The notes under the pieces: generated by a model
What the model was told of the DNA's origin: nothing
Seen by the model: the letters and a program-made list of their open reading frames with translations, nothing else
Database searches by the model: none
Program-made: the position numbers and the translations under genes
From: Dendrobates tinctorius
Lineage: Eukaryota
Assembly: GCF_039654945.1 (NCBI RefSeq)
Contig: NW_027361878.1
Location: 23,002,001 to 23,066,000 of the forward strand
DNA length: 64,000 bases
Reading direction: 5' to 3'
Shown: piece after piece, positions 50,635 through 62,733 of the stretch
How positions within the stretch are numbered: the stretch's first letter is position 1
Layout: the number at the start of each line of letters is the position of its first letter

Positions 50635-53277
50635 TCATTGCTAAGGAGGTGCTGGAGAGCCGCACTTATTTCTGCAGCACAATGACACGCTGCAGATCTT
50701 AAACCCGGAGCCCTTGTCAGCTGATGCTATGGATAATCATGTGCTGGAGATTCCGTAAACTCTTGTACATTTTCCTGACACTGTGAAACGCAGTAGGTTT
50801 TCCGCAAGTGAATATGTATAGCACAGAATCTGCTGCGTTTTCGCTACATGGAAGCACAACATTAGATTTGCTACTAACGTGTGTTTTTCAGTATTTTATG
50901 TATAGTTTATTCCCACGGGGAAGGATAATAGCAGCTTTTTTTTCTGCTTTATTATGAGCCCCGGGAACAAAGGATTTTATTTTACGCTAAACCCAAATAA
51001 TATCTTAACTATTATTATTGTGCAGTGATTACGGTCCGCTGCTTCCTGCTATCAGCCAGTCTGGGAGGTGAGGACTGCTGGGTTTATTTGCATTTTCAAT
51101 AGTTTTCTAGTTTTCATAGTTTTTTTATGTTGAAGGTAGACATAAGTCCATCAAGTTCAAATTCCTCATGAGATGGATACTAACTGCCCCATAATAGAGG
51201 AAAAATTCCTTCCCAAATCCACATGGGTCGCCCTCCCAGGGCTGTGGGGTACTCGGTACCGGGCCGGTCTCTCAGATGGGAATGTCACAGCAGCGGCGAC
51301 CCGGTCCGTGGCCCTGGGCGCCCAAGTAAAAAGGGAGATTGAACGGTGCAATGTAGTTGAAATGAATAGTTTGTGACGCCACCTGTGGTGTTCGGCAAGG
51401 GAGGTGTTAAGCCGACGCTGCATGCAGATCCTCTTGGACTGATGGTATGGCGCAGCAAAGATGTTATAGCTCCCCACAGGTGGAGCTGTAGTCCCAGGGC
51501 AGTGTACATGTAGAGGCCAAGGGAAGGCGTAGGTGAGGCAATGTCGAGCACCAAGATGTAGCAGTGCCGGGTGTGTTGGCGCAGGAATAAGTAGAGGACA
51601 CCAGAGCATGCAGTTCCAAAGCTTTACTCACAGTCTGTTGTACAAACAGGTGCCTGCCTCCGTGCCGTGTCCTCCGGGTCAGGGACTCAGTCAACCTCCA
51701 GGCCAGATGGAATACACCTTTCCAACACTCCGCCAACATGTGCCTTTCTGAACGTCTCCTCTTATAGCGGCTTTAGATGAAGTACTCCTAGTACTGAGTT
51801 ACACTGGAGTTCCTCCTGTCCGATGTTCCTCTGAACTCTACTTGTACGGCAGACAGTTGTAGCCTGCTTCGGGGACTCCTTGCTACTAAGTTCCGGCTCA
51901 CTATCCAGTTGCTGTTGTGCCCCCAAGTCTTGTGTGGGAATAAAGTGGTCGCTACTTGTATTCCTCTGGTGTCTGCTGCAGGACCATTAGTATCCATACA
52001 ACCTCGGGGACCGGGCCCCGGCCTTGCGCTTAGAACTTCTAGGAAGGGTTCTCCTCTAACCCACGTCCTCTGTTATCTTTAACTCTTCACGTTCCGTACT
52101 AATCCTTTCTTTCTATGGAGAATCAGGCTTTCAGTCTATGTTGCTCTCTCTCTTCCTTTCCCGTGCCAGCAGACCCAGGTCACTGGGATCTGCTGCAGCA
52201 CTTCCATCCATCTATCCCTCTCTCCGGGGATCTTCTCTCCTGCTCTCTAATCAACTGACTTCCAATCCTAAACTCTTCCCGCTCTTTGTAATGTAAACTA
52301 ACTCCACCCACCTCCCAGCACGTTTCGTGTTCCAAGCAGGGAGCCACCAATGGGTGTTTTGCTACACTCCAAGCAGGGAGCCGCAGAAGGTGCTGTGCTA
52401 CACTACTTTGTGGTGTGGGGAGCAGGTGTTGGAGCGTGGTTGGGAGTTTCCACCTTACCTGGATGGTGGGATAACACACCTCAGGAGGAGGTGCAGTACC
52501 TCTGTGGCGAATGAGCCTAAGGGGCGCCACATACCCCCCGTTAAACACAACACGTCCGCGGGCTGCAAGGCAAACAAAGTTGACAATACAGGAACATACA
52601 AAAATTTTTATATTGCATAATAAGCATGTCTTATACTAAACTTCCCAATGTGGGAGGCACTGTTTCTTGAATGTTACAAACCAGTTAACTGTCTATCTAT
52701 ATTTAAAGTTATGCTACCTAATCCAAAGTGCTATAGGAACAGATTCACTATCACTCGAGCAACACATTTGCTAGTGACACATTTCTTCTCCGTTTACCTT
52801 TCACATTTTGATTTAACTCTCACATCTTTATTCAAACTCTGTAACACAGTCACTGTATTTCTTTCTCTATTAGACCCTATAAAATCTGTCATTAATACTT
52901 TCACTACACACTATCATTGCCTAGCTTCTTATTCAAAAAATATTAAGCATTATGAATAAGTGCAAAGAGTAGACACTGGTCCGGCCATTATGTCTTGAAA
53001 TGTCCTTGTTCCGAGGTAGTACTTGTTCATGGGAAGGTTCCTATGTAAAACCAAGAGAGAGCACCTAAAGAGGTGCAAACTATTTACATTTACAGTTCTG
53101 GATCACTCAGCGTCCATGATCTCCACAGTTCAAGTGCAAAGGCTGCCAATGGAACTAGGCAACAACTGGATCAACAGATAACATAATCAAAAATAGAAGG
53201 ATCTTAGAAAAACTGAGAAAACTGGCACAATGGTGCAAATACCCTCCTGGGCAACAAAGTTAGTTTACTGTAAATTA

Positions 53278-54842
53278 TTAGTGGTGATCCCCTCCTGGGG
53301 TGAAAAACGAGTTGGCAGACCACAGGTACTTCTCCTCCCAAAGGGTGAAATTGGTGACCTCTTGTACTTTCGGCTGCGGGACTGGTACTGATGCAGCTTG
53401 GCTTATGGGGGCAGATACTCGCACAGCTTTGGTGATGGCTGTGGGTGGAGGAGTAGCAGGTTGCTTCTGCCGGTAACTCTCGATGAAATCCTCCGGGATA
53501 CAGTGTATATTTAGGGCATACCACCCCCTTAGCCCCTCATGCCGGGTGAAAGTCACGTAATCCCCTGGGTGTAGGTTCCGGCAGGGTGTCCCTTTTTCAG
53601 ATGGGACTCCACGCCTCTCCGGTTAAAGAACAGATCGGAGATAAACCCGAACCCCCGCTCATGGTTCGCATTGAGAACCTGGCCCCATCCTGCCGAATCC
53701 CGGGGACCATAATGACCAGCACAGGTTTTTTCTTTGCAGCCTAGGTCAGGGCCCAGCACAGACAACCTTGTCTGTTCCATCTCCCGCTGCTCGGCTGCCA
53801 GTTGTCGGATGGTCTCCTGGCAGTGGGCCTTCGTCACTTCCTCCTCTTCCCGGGACTGATCTCTGCCCACCCTAGCCCGTGGTACTATGGTTAGGGGTTC
53901 CGGTGTTCCCCCGGGGGACTTGTATCCCGGTCCCAGACCAAATCTAGCACGACCTGGCCAGCCGCTGCGACCACGGTACACCCCAAGGTCTTCCCAGGTG
54001 CAGGGACGCCAGACGTACCTGGAGCCTCCTGGCGGCACTCCGGTGCAGGTCGGAGGTAGCCGGCGGCAGCGGGGATATCCAACGGGATGGGCCGGTGAGG
54101 CGGCAGAGGCGCCGGCGGAGCAGATGGCGTCTCCAGGTCCACGGGGGGTCTCCGGTGGGATCTGCCCAGCTGCGTCATGTCCAGGCGGGAGCTTCTCTTC
54201 CTCCGCTTCGGCTCCCTTGGCACCATGGAGCGGCAGGGAGATGCCCACAGACGCTGCCGGGGTCATTGCAGCCATTTCAGGTGCTACAGGGTCTTCCTGG
54301 GGGAGATCCGGTGCAGCGGTGACAGGTACCGGTGTTGCGGGTACCGCAGGTGCAGGCCCCTCCTGGGCGCGCTGCCGGTTCAGTGTCCATAACGCTTCCT
54401 GCCTCAGTCGCAGGCGGCACGTCAGCTGGGCTATCTCGTCCTCCAGCTGTTGGCGGTTCATCCTGGAAGCCGGGTCAGAGCCTTCAGCCATGGCGCCGGG
54501 GAGATTCAGCTCAACCTCCTCGCTCTCCGCAGGCCTCTTCCCTTCTCCTTCCAATATGGCGTTCTGGCGTTCTTCTTCCTGCCTGAGCTCTTTTCCGGCC
54601 ACTGGCCTCTGCTCCTCCTTCTGGGGGCGGCATCTTCTTCCAACTGCTCCATAGCAGGCCAGTATATGAACCCCTCGGGGGGTGGGCCATGTTGCTGTCG
54701 CATAGAAGTTCAGACAGGGGAGGCCCAGGACAGTTTGCGGTCTTTTCTTAGGACCACCCATGCTGTCACGCCCTTCTTCACCGTGCCAGCAGCCATTTTT
54801 AGCGTTCATTTTACAGTCTATTAAATTGGGTCTTCTGCACAT
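53278..54842 (-). pseudogene. Element-encoded ORF (~520 aa once one frameshift is repaired): coiled-coil and Pro/Ala-rich N-terminus, C-terminal cold-shock-like domain
   Basis: ORF 53553-54848 joins ORF 53278-53556 via a 1-nt shift near 53582; the joined sequence GQVLNANHERGFGFISDLFFNRRGVESHLKKGHP-RNLHPGDYVTFTRHEGLRGWYALNI follows the CSD pattern. Confidence 0.7.
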
Positions 54843-54896
54843 TTTCAAAAACTTTGAGTCTTAGGCACACAGAACCCGATGGCATCGGGTCTCGTC

Positions 54897-54914
54897 ATCC
54901 TGTTCGTGACGCCA
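54897..54914 (-). promoter_or_regulatory. Primer-binding site for tRNA-Ser(CGA)
   Basis: TGGCGTCACGAACAGGAT, 4 nt after the 5' LTR; complementary to the 3' end ATCCTGTTCGTGACGCCA of vertebrate tRNA-Ser(CGA), as recalled. Confidence 0.85.
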
Positions 54915-56387
54915 AAATTGGGTCGCCCTCCCAGGGCTGTGGGGTACTCGGTACCGGGCCGGTCTCTCAGATGGGAATGTCACAGCAGCGGTGACCCGGT
55001 CCGTGGCCCTGGGCGCCCAAGTAAAAAGGGAGATTGAATGGTGCAATGTAGTTGAAATGAATAGTTTGTGACGCCACCTGTCGTGTTCGGCAAGGGAGGT
55101 GTTAAGCCGACGCTGCATGCAGATCCTCTGGGACTGATGGTATGGTGCAGCAAAGATGTTATAGCTCCCCACAGGTGGCGCTGTAGTCCCAGGGCAGTGT
55201 AGATGTAGAGGCCAAGGGAAGGCGTAGGTGAGGCAATGTCGAGCACCAAGATGTAGCAGTGCCGGGTGTGTTGGCGCAGGAATAAGTAGAGGACACCAGA
55301 ACATGCAGTTCCAAAGCTTTACTCACAGTCTGTTGTACAAACAGGTGCCTGCCTCCGTGCCGTGTCCTCCGGGTCAGGGACTCAGTCAACCTCCAGGCCA
55401 GATGGAATACTCCTTTCCAACACTCCGCCAACATGTGCCTTTCTGAACGTCTCCTCTTATAGCGCCTTTAGATGAAGTACTCCTGAGTTACACTGGAGTT
55501 CCTCCTGTCTGATGTTCCTATGAACTCTACTTGTACGGCAGACAGCTGTAGCCTGCTTCGGGGACTCCTTGCTACTAAGTCCCGGCTCACTATCCAGTTG
55601 CTGTTGTGCCCCCAAGTCTTGTGTGGGAATAAAGTGGTCACTACTTCTATTCCTCCGGTGTCTGCTGCAGGACCATTAGTATCCATACAACCTCGGGGAC
55701 CGGGCCACGGCCTTGCGCTTAGAACTTCTAGGAAGGGTTCTCCCATAACCCACGTCCTCTGTTATCTTTTACTCCTCACGTTCCGTACTAATCCTTTCTT
55801 TCTATGGAGAATCAGGCATTCAGTCTATGTTGCTCTCTCTCTTCCTTTCCCGTGCCAGCAGACCCAGGTCACTGGGATCTGCTGCAGCACTTCCATCCAT
55901 CTATCCCTCTCTCTGGGGATCTTCTTCTCTCCAGCTCTCTAATCAACTGACTTCCAATCCTAAACTCTTCCCGCTCTTTGTAATGTAAACAAACTCCACC
56001 CACCTCCCAGCACGTTTCGTGTTCCAAGCAGGCAAGCAGGGAGCCACCAATGGGTGCTTTGCTACACTCCAAGCAGGGAGCCGCCGAAGGTGCTTTGCTA
56101 CACTACTTTGTGGTGTGGGATGCAGGTGTTGGAGCGTGGTCAGGAGTCTCCACCTTACCTGGATGATGGGAAACCACACCTCAGGAGGAGGTGCAGTACC
56201 TCTGTGGCGACTGAGCCTCAGGGGCGCTACACACATATAGCAAATGCACCAGTTCCCGGGATCAATGCAACATCACAAAATCTAGTGTCCATAACCTGTG
56301 TTATTATATTTATCAAGGTAGGTATCCAAGCCCTTCTTGTAATTTTTTAGTGAATTAATCATTACAACAACATGTGGCGGAGCGTTC

Positions 56388-57642
56388 TATAGTCTTACTG
56401 CTCTTACAGTAAAGAATCCATATTCTTACTGCTCTTACAGTAAAGAATCCATAGTCTTACTGCGCTTACAGTAAAGTATCCATAGTCTTACTGCTCTTAG
56501 GCTAGTTTCGCATTTGCATACCTTGGAGCTGTGGAGGGATGCAGACGTCCTCCGAGAAGCTCAGCCCACGGCTGCACCTCCTCCGGTCAGCTCCTCCGTC
56601 GGCATGCGGCTGCATGCAGCCTGCGTACCCTATCTTTAGCATTCGGTACGCAGGCCGTGCCGCAGTATGCGGATGCCGCTGCATGCGTCGTTTTGACGGT
56701 GCGGTGACTGCACCAAAATGCAACATGTTGTGTTCGACGCAGGTCACCGCACCGTCAAAATGACGCATGTGGCGGCATCTGCATACTGCGGCACCGAGCT
56801 GACCAGAGGAGGTGCAGCTGTGGGCGGAGCTTCACAGAGGGCATTTGTATCCCTCCGCAGCTCCAAGGTACGCAAATGTGAAACTAGCCTCAGAGTAAGG
56901 AATCCATAGTCTTACCGCTCTTACAGTAAGGAATCCATAGTCTTACTGCTCTTACAGTAAAGAATCCATAGTTCTTCTACTCTTGCAATAAAGAATCCAT
57001 AGGTTTACTGCTCTTACAGTATACAATCCATGGTCTTACTGCTTTTACAGTAAAGAATCCATAGTCTTATTGCTCTTACAGTATAGAATCCATAGCTTTA
57101 CTGCTTACAGTAAAGCATTCATAGTCTTACTGCTCTTACAGTAAATAATTCATAGTCTTACTGCTCTTACAGTATAGAATCCATAGCTTTACTGCTTTTA
57201 CAGTAAAGAATTCATAGTCTTACTGCTCTTACAGTAAATAATTCAGAGTCTTACTGCTCTTACAGTATATAATCCATGGTCTTACTGCTCTTACAGTAAA
57301 TAATCCATAGTCTAACTGCTCTTACAGTAAAGAATCCATAGTCTTACTGCTCTTACAGTATAGAATCCATAGCTTTACTGCTTACAGTAAAGCATTCACA
57401 GTCTTACTGCTCTTACAGTAAATAATTCATAGTCTTACTGCTCTTACAGTATAGAATCCATAGCTTTACTGCTTTTACAGTAAAGAATTCATAGTCTTAC
57501 TGCTCTTACAGTAAATAATTCATAGTCTTACTGCTCTTACAGTAAAGAATTCATAGTCTTACTGCTCTTACAGTATATAATCCATGGTCTTACTGCTCTT
57601 ACAGTAAAGAATCCATAGCTTTACTGCTTACAGTAAAGAATC
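56388..57642. repeat. 31-bp minisatellite (~28 copies) derived from CR1 ORF2
   Basis: Unit catagtcttactgctcttacagtaaagaatc; its reverse complement encodes FFTVRAVRLW. Confidence 0.92.
56500..56889. mobile_element. Palindromic Harbinger-like MITE inside the minisatellite
   Basis: ggctagtttcgcatttgc / gcaaatgtgaaactagcc; tta/tca flanks. Confidence 0.85.
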
Positions 57643-60122
57643 ACTTTCTGTAATTATGATTAAACCATTTTCCTCTAGAAGTAGAGGATACCCCCTCACT
57701 GTCAAAGGCCTAGGTGTAAAAAAAATGATTATACAGATCTCTGTACTGTCCATTCATAAATTTGTACATTATAATAAGATCGCCCCTAAGCCTTTGCTTT
57801 CCCAAACTGAATAACCCCAAGTTTGATAACCTGTCTTGGTATTGCAGACCCCCCATTTCCTTTATAACATTGGTTGCTCTTCTCTGCACCCTCTCTAGCT
57901 CAGCCGTGTCCTTCTTATACACCAGTGACCAAAATTGTACGCAGTATCTAAGTGTGGCCGCACTAGTGACTTTTACAGAGGCCAAACTATGTTCTCGTCA
58001 TGAGCATCTAGGCCTCTTTTAATGCATCCCATTATTTTACTTGCCTTGGCAGCAGCCGCCTGACACTGATCACTAAAGTTGAGTTTGCCGTCCACTACGC
58101 CCACGTTTTTTTTACCCAGCATTTTACAATTTAGTACATAATTAGGGCTTGTGTAAATCAACGTTTAAATCGGACGAACGCTATCCATGGTTTTAACAGA
58201 TAGCACTCGTCGTACCCATGCTATTATATGGGGTTGTGCACATGTTTGATCTTTTTCCTCGGACCTCTCAGGCTAAAGAAAATCAGCAACGCAAGTCTAT
58301 GGGTCCGTGGAAAACATCGGACGGCACTCAGATGACATCCGAGTGCAGTCAGATTTTCACAGGCTGACATAATGGAGAAGGTGGAGAAACTCTAGTTTTC
58401 TCTCCACCTCTGATTAAACTCTGGTCAGAGTCTCATCAGTACCGTTTTTCTCGACGGACTTTTGTGCGACCCTACCCTTATACATAATATACTGACGAAA
58501 AGCCCAGAACTTAAGTATTATATTATCTAAGTACCAAGAATTTTTTTTCTATAAGTTGCGCTTTTGTAAGATTTCTACAACACGTTTAATATCCCTTTAA
58601 GAAAAACGTCCAATTGCAACATTTCACCAGGACCACACTGCGTAAATTGGCCACAACACACATTGATCCACTGAGCAGTGACCGCAGCACTGGCAGCATG
58701 AAGCTGATTCCACTGCAGCGCTAAGGCTGACGCCTCTCAGGGTTTTTGGCTGCCCATCCATCCCGTGAAGGGGTTAAGTAGCGAGGTTAAGTGGCAGGCA
58801 GAACTTGGCATGATCTCCATTGACTGTCATCCTCATTTAATGTGCGCTGGCCGGAGATTTCGAAGACACATTAACTGTTTCATGGCTAGAAATGGGTCAG
58901 CAGAGTGGGAGGGGTTAAGTGACACTGCAGGTCTGTGACAGTAAAGGAGCTTTAAGGAAGCTCCCCTGCATTTTGGCAAGCAGGGTGGGGTGATCATTAT
59001 GCAACGCTGCGTGGTGCTAGCAGGCAAGTGGCTGATGCTCTGCAGTCTATATGTTGTATAATGAGCTATCTGGCTTGGAAGGAAAGGGTTAAAGGATCCT
59101 AAGTTTTGCCATGAGACACTGCTGTATAAATGCATGGCTGGCAGACAGAGGGTAACTGCGGCTCCTGCCGGCGCAGAAGGGTTATTATAGTCAGGGGTCC
59201 GCAGGGAGTCAGATGATTATTATTATCGTCCTATAATCTCATTAGGTAGAATGCGAAGAATTGCACTTTAGTTTAGCGTGGCTCTTACGTGATGGAAGGG
59301 TTAATCAATTGCCTTCTCTACAAGTACAGGGTAAGCGAAGATCTTCAAGATCGGTAAGAAACGTTTGCTGGGCATTGGCGAAAAAATGGTTAATTGTGGC
59401 CATTGCATTATCTTGTTGCAGGTCCCCTGGTGGAGCAGGATCATCCCCCCTTAGGTCCTGTACACATTCTGCTTCTTTTTCCATCTCCTCCGCTCGCTTA
59501 TCGCAAATCTTTCTAGTCTCGAGCTTTATCTTCTTCCCCTTCTGTCTCAATGTCTACATCTTATTTCATCCTCTCACTCCCTCTTTTCCACGCCCATGCA
59601 GTGTGTGGATAGGAGGGAGTTCTCAGTGTGGGTATCACTGTCCTCCGGGCATCGGATACAAGAGGATGGGCTGCAGGCCCTGCTGCAGGGGGCTCCTACC
59701 TGCCTGAGTGTGCAGGTGTGTGACTGTCACATCATCCGATATTGGAGATCGCTGGCAGACGGCTCCGACACCTGCCCTCCTGGTAAGTGACACCAGCCGC
59801 TCTGCACTCACTTCTGACATCTCCGCTTCCTTATATATGTCCCGATGAATATATAGGTAGTCGGATATCAGTCATATATCTGTATAGGTTAAGAACTAAC
59901 CAATACACAATAAAAAAATGGAAAAATGTACAGGTGAAATAGAAATAACCAATATACATATGTACGGTATCTATCTATCTAGACATTTAATATACACATA
60001 AATAACCAACATACAATATAAACATACACAGGAGTAAAATAAAATACATAAATACACAAAATAAATAAATCTAAACATAAATAACCAACAAATGATATAA
60101 ACATATGCAACTGTAATATATA

Positions 60123-61740
60123 CAGTGGCATGTAAAAGTTTGGGCACCCCTGGTCAAAATTACTGTTATTGTGACCAGTTAAGCAAGTTGAAGATGGAAT
60201 GATCTCTAAAAGGGCTAAAGTTAAAGATGACACATTTTCTCTGTGTTTTAGGCCAAAAAAATTATATATTGTCATTTTTTATATTTTAAAAATTACAATA
60301 AGGAAAATAGGCCAATGCAAAAGTTTGGGCACCCTGCATAGTTAGTACCTAGTAGCACTCCCTTTTAAAAATATCACAGCTTGTAAACGCTTTTAGCAGC
60401 CAGCCAAGAGTCTTTCAACTCTTGCTTGATGGATTTTCATCCATTCTTCCTTGGAAAATTCTTCCATTTCTGTGAGATTCCTGGGTCATCTTGCATGCAC
60501 TGCTTTTTTGAGGACTAGCCAAAGATTTTCAATGATGATCGAATCGGGGGACTGTGAGGGCCATTGAAAAACCTCTAGCTATCGCCTTTTGAGGTAGTCT
60601 ATTGTGGATTTTGATGTGTGTGATCATTATCCATTTGTAGAAGCCATCCTGTTTTCAAATTCAGCTTTATTACACATGGTGTTATGTTTGCATCAAGAAT
60701 TTGTTGAAATTTCATTGACTCCATTCTTCCCTCTACCTTTGAAATGTTCCCTGTGCCATTGTCTGCAACACAACCCGAAAACATGATTGATCCATCCCCA
60801 TGCTTAATGGTTGGAGAGATGTTCTTTTCCTGAAATTCTATGCAATTTTTTCTCTGCACATACCTTTGATCATTGCGACCAAAGAGTTTTATTTTAACTT
60901 CAACGATTCACAGGACTTGTTTCTAAAATGCATTGGGCTTGTTTAGATGTTCTTTTGCATACCTCTGATGCTGAATTTTATTGTGAGGGTGCAGGAGAGG
61001 TTTTCTTCTGATGACTTTTCCATGAAGGCCATATTTGATAAGGTGTCTCTGAACAGTAGAACAATTACCACAACTCCAGAATCTGCTAAATCTTTCTGAA
61101 GGTCTTTTGCAGTCAAGTGGGGGTTCTGATATGCCTTTCTAGCAATCCTACAAGCAGCTCTCTCTGAAATTTTGCTTGGCCTTCCAGACCTTATCTTGAC
61201 CTCCACTGTTCCTGTAAACTGCTATTTCTGAATTACATATTGAACTGAGGAAAGGACAACTTGAAAACGCTTTGCTATCTTCTTATAGCCTTCTCCTGCT
61301 TTGTGGGCCTCCACCATTTTCATTTTCAGACTGCTAGGCAGCTGCTTAAAAGAACCCATGGTGGCTGTTTTTTCGCACAAGGTTGGAGGAGGCTATGTGT
61401 TTCTAAACCTGTGGAATCTGCATCAGCTGGGCTTTCCTAACACTGAGGGTGAACAAGCCATAACCCTTACAGGCTAATTAAGGTCTGAAACCTTGGTCAA
61501 AGTTATCTGAGCACACAAATCTCCAAAGGTGCCCAAACTTTAGCATCGGACCATTTTTCTTTTTGTAATTTTTAAAATGTGAAAAAATGACAATGTGTAT
61601 TACTTTTTAGCCTAAAATACAAAACAAATGTGTCATCTTTAACTTTAGGCCTTTTAGAGATCATTTTATCTTCAACTTGCTTAACTGTTCACAATAACAG
61701 TAATTTTGACCAGGGGTGCCTAAACTTTTGCATGCCACCG
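60123..61740 (-). mobile_element. Full-length decayed Tc1 (IR/DR-type) transposon
   Basis: TA|cagtggcatgtaaaagtttgggcacccc ... ggggtgcctaaacttttgcatgccaccg|TA, ~200-bp TIRs; fragments RSGRPSKIS..NPHLTAKDLQKDL and PTIKHGDGSIM..LLQMDNDH. Confidence 0.92.
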
Positions 61741-61834
61741 TATACATAGCCAATATACAATATAAAAATATATAGGCCCAATATAAACATTAATAACCAA
61801 CATGTGATGTAAACATATTCAGGCGTTTTATACT

Positions 61835-61980
61835 GTATATATATATATGTATGTGTGTGTGTGTGTATGTATGTATGTATATATATATATATATATATAT
61901 ATAAACGTACAGGTGTAATATAAGCATAAATAACCAACACGTGGTATATGCAATATTGCAATGTAAAGATATACAAGTGT

Positions 61981-62016
<36 letters not shown>

Positions 62017-62040
62017 TATATATGTGTGTGTGTGTGTACA
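61835..62040. repeat. (TA)n/(TG)n microsatellites
   Basis: Direct inspection. Confidence 0.9.
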
Positions 62041-62733
62041 CATGTAATATACATATAAATCACCAACCTACAATATAAGTATACACAGGTGGAATATAGA
62101 GATATGACTAACCAATGTACAATATAAACATATACAAAATTATTATCATTAGATGGATAAATATCCATAATCAACATATGATATAAATGTATAGCACAAA
62201 CAACCAATATGTGGCTTAAAGAGGTCCAGGTTTAAATAAGTATAGATAGGCAATAGACATAAACATATACGGGTTTAATAGAAATAACTAACGTACAATA
62301 TAAACATATATGTCTGATTTGTAAAATGCTGCAGAATGTTGACGCATTAGAACAAAAATTCTCATTATTATGTGAAAGATAAACACAAGCAATACACAAC
62401 ATAAAGATATAAAGGTGTAATATAAAGATATCCACAATTGCTTCCATTTTATTGTACCTGGAAATAACTGGAAATCAATATCCATGAGGCTGATTGTGAA
62501 AGTTATATCCAAAAGCTTCATTAAAAACTTGATTTACAAGGAAGCTTATAAATATGTCAGGGTAAATTTAGTCGTAGCATTAACAGAAGGCAATGGTATC
62601 TGTTAAAACGATTGCTCCCTGGGTGTACTAATTAATTCCAATGTTTGTTACACTTCTTCCAAGTCAGAAAATTGTTGCATAGTCAGTGTTTTCCTTAAGA
62701 TGTTGGGAAGACGTGGGCATTACTTGCCATTAA

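Larger units (their letters stand above)
51224..56231 (-). mobile_element. Complete non-autonomous Gypsy-like LTR element: 5' LTR 56231-54919, 3' LTR 52531-51224
   Basis: TG...CA termini, two ~1.31-kb highly similar LTRs, 4-bp TSD caca (51220-51223, 56232-56235), PBS 54914-54897, PPT-like G run at 52540-52532. Confidence 0.93.
51100..58145 (-). mobile_element. Old CR1 LINE 3' portion, split by an LTR element, a minisatellite and a MITE
   Basis: Minus-strand ORF2 remnants 57710-58161 (QCQAAAAKASKIMGCIKR, YCVQFWS..LERVQRRAT..RLRGDLI); GFFTVRAVRL at ~56390; 3'UTR continues across the CACA TSD to a degenerate (aaactatg) tail at ~51100-51120. Confidence 0.8.

Noticed and set aside
53887-54654. 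255-aa plus-strand ORF
   Set aside because: GC-rich antisense shadow of the element's minus-strand ORF.
54897-54914. tRNA gene
   Set aside because: Only the 18-nt 3'-end match including CCA is present; this is a PBS, not a tRNA gene.
59596-59790. 64-aa ORF as a coding first exon of GPR137 or KCNK4
   Set aside because: No resemblance to either protein as I know them; kept only as an unassigned candidate exon.
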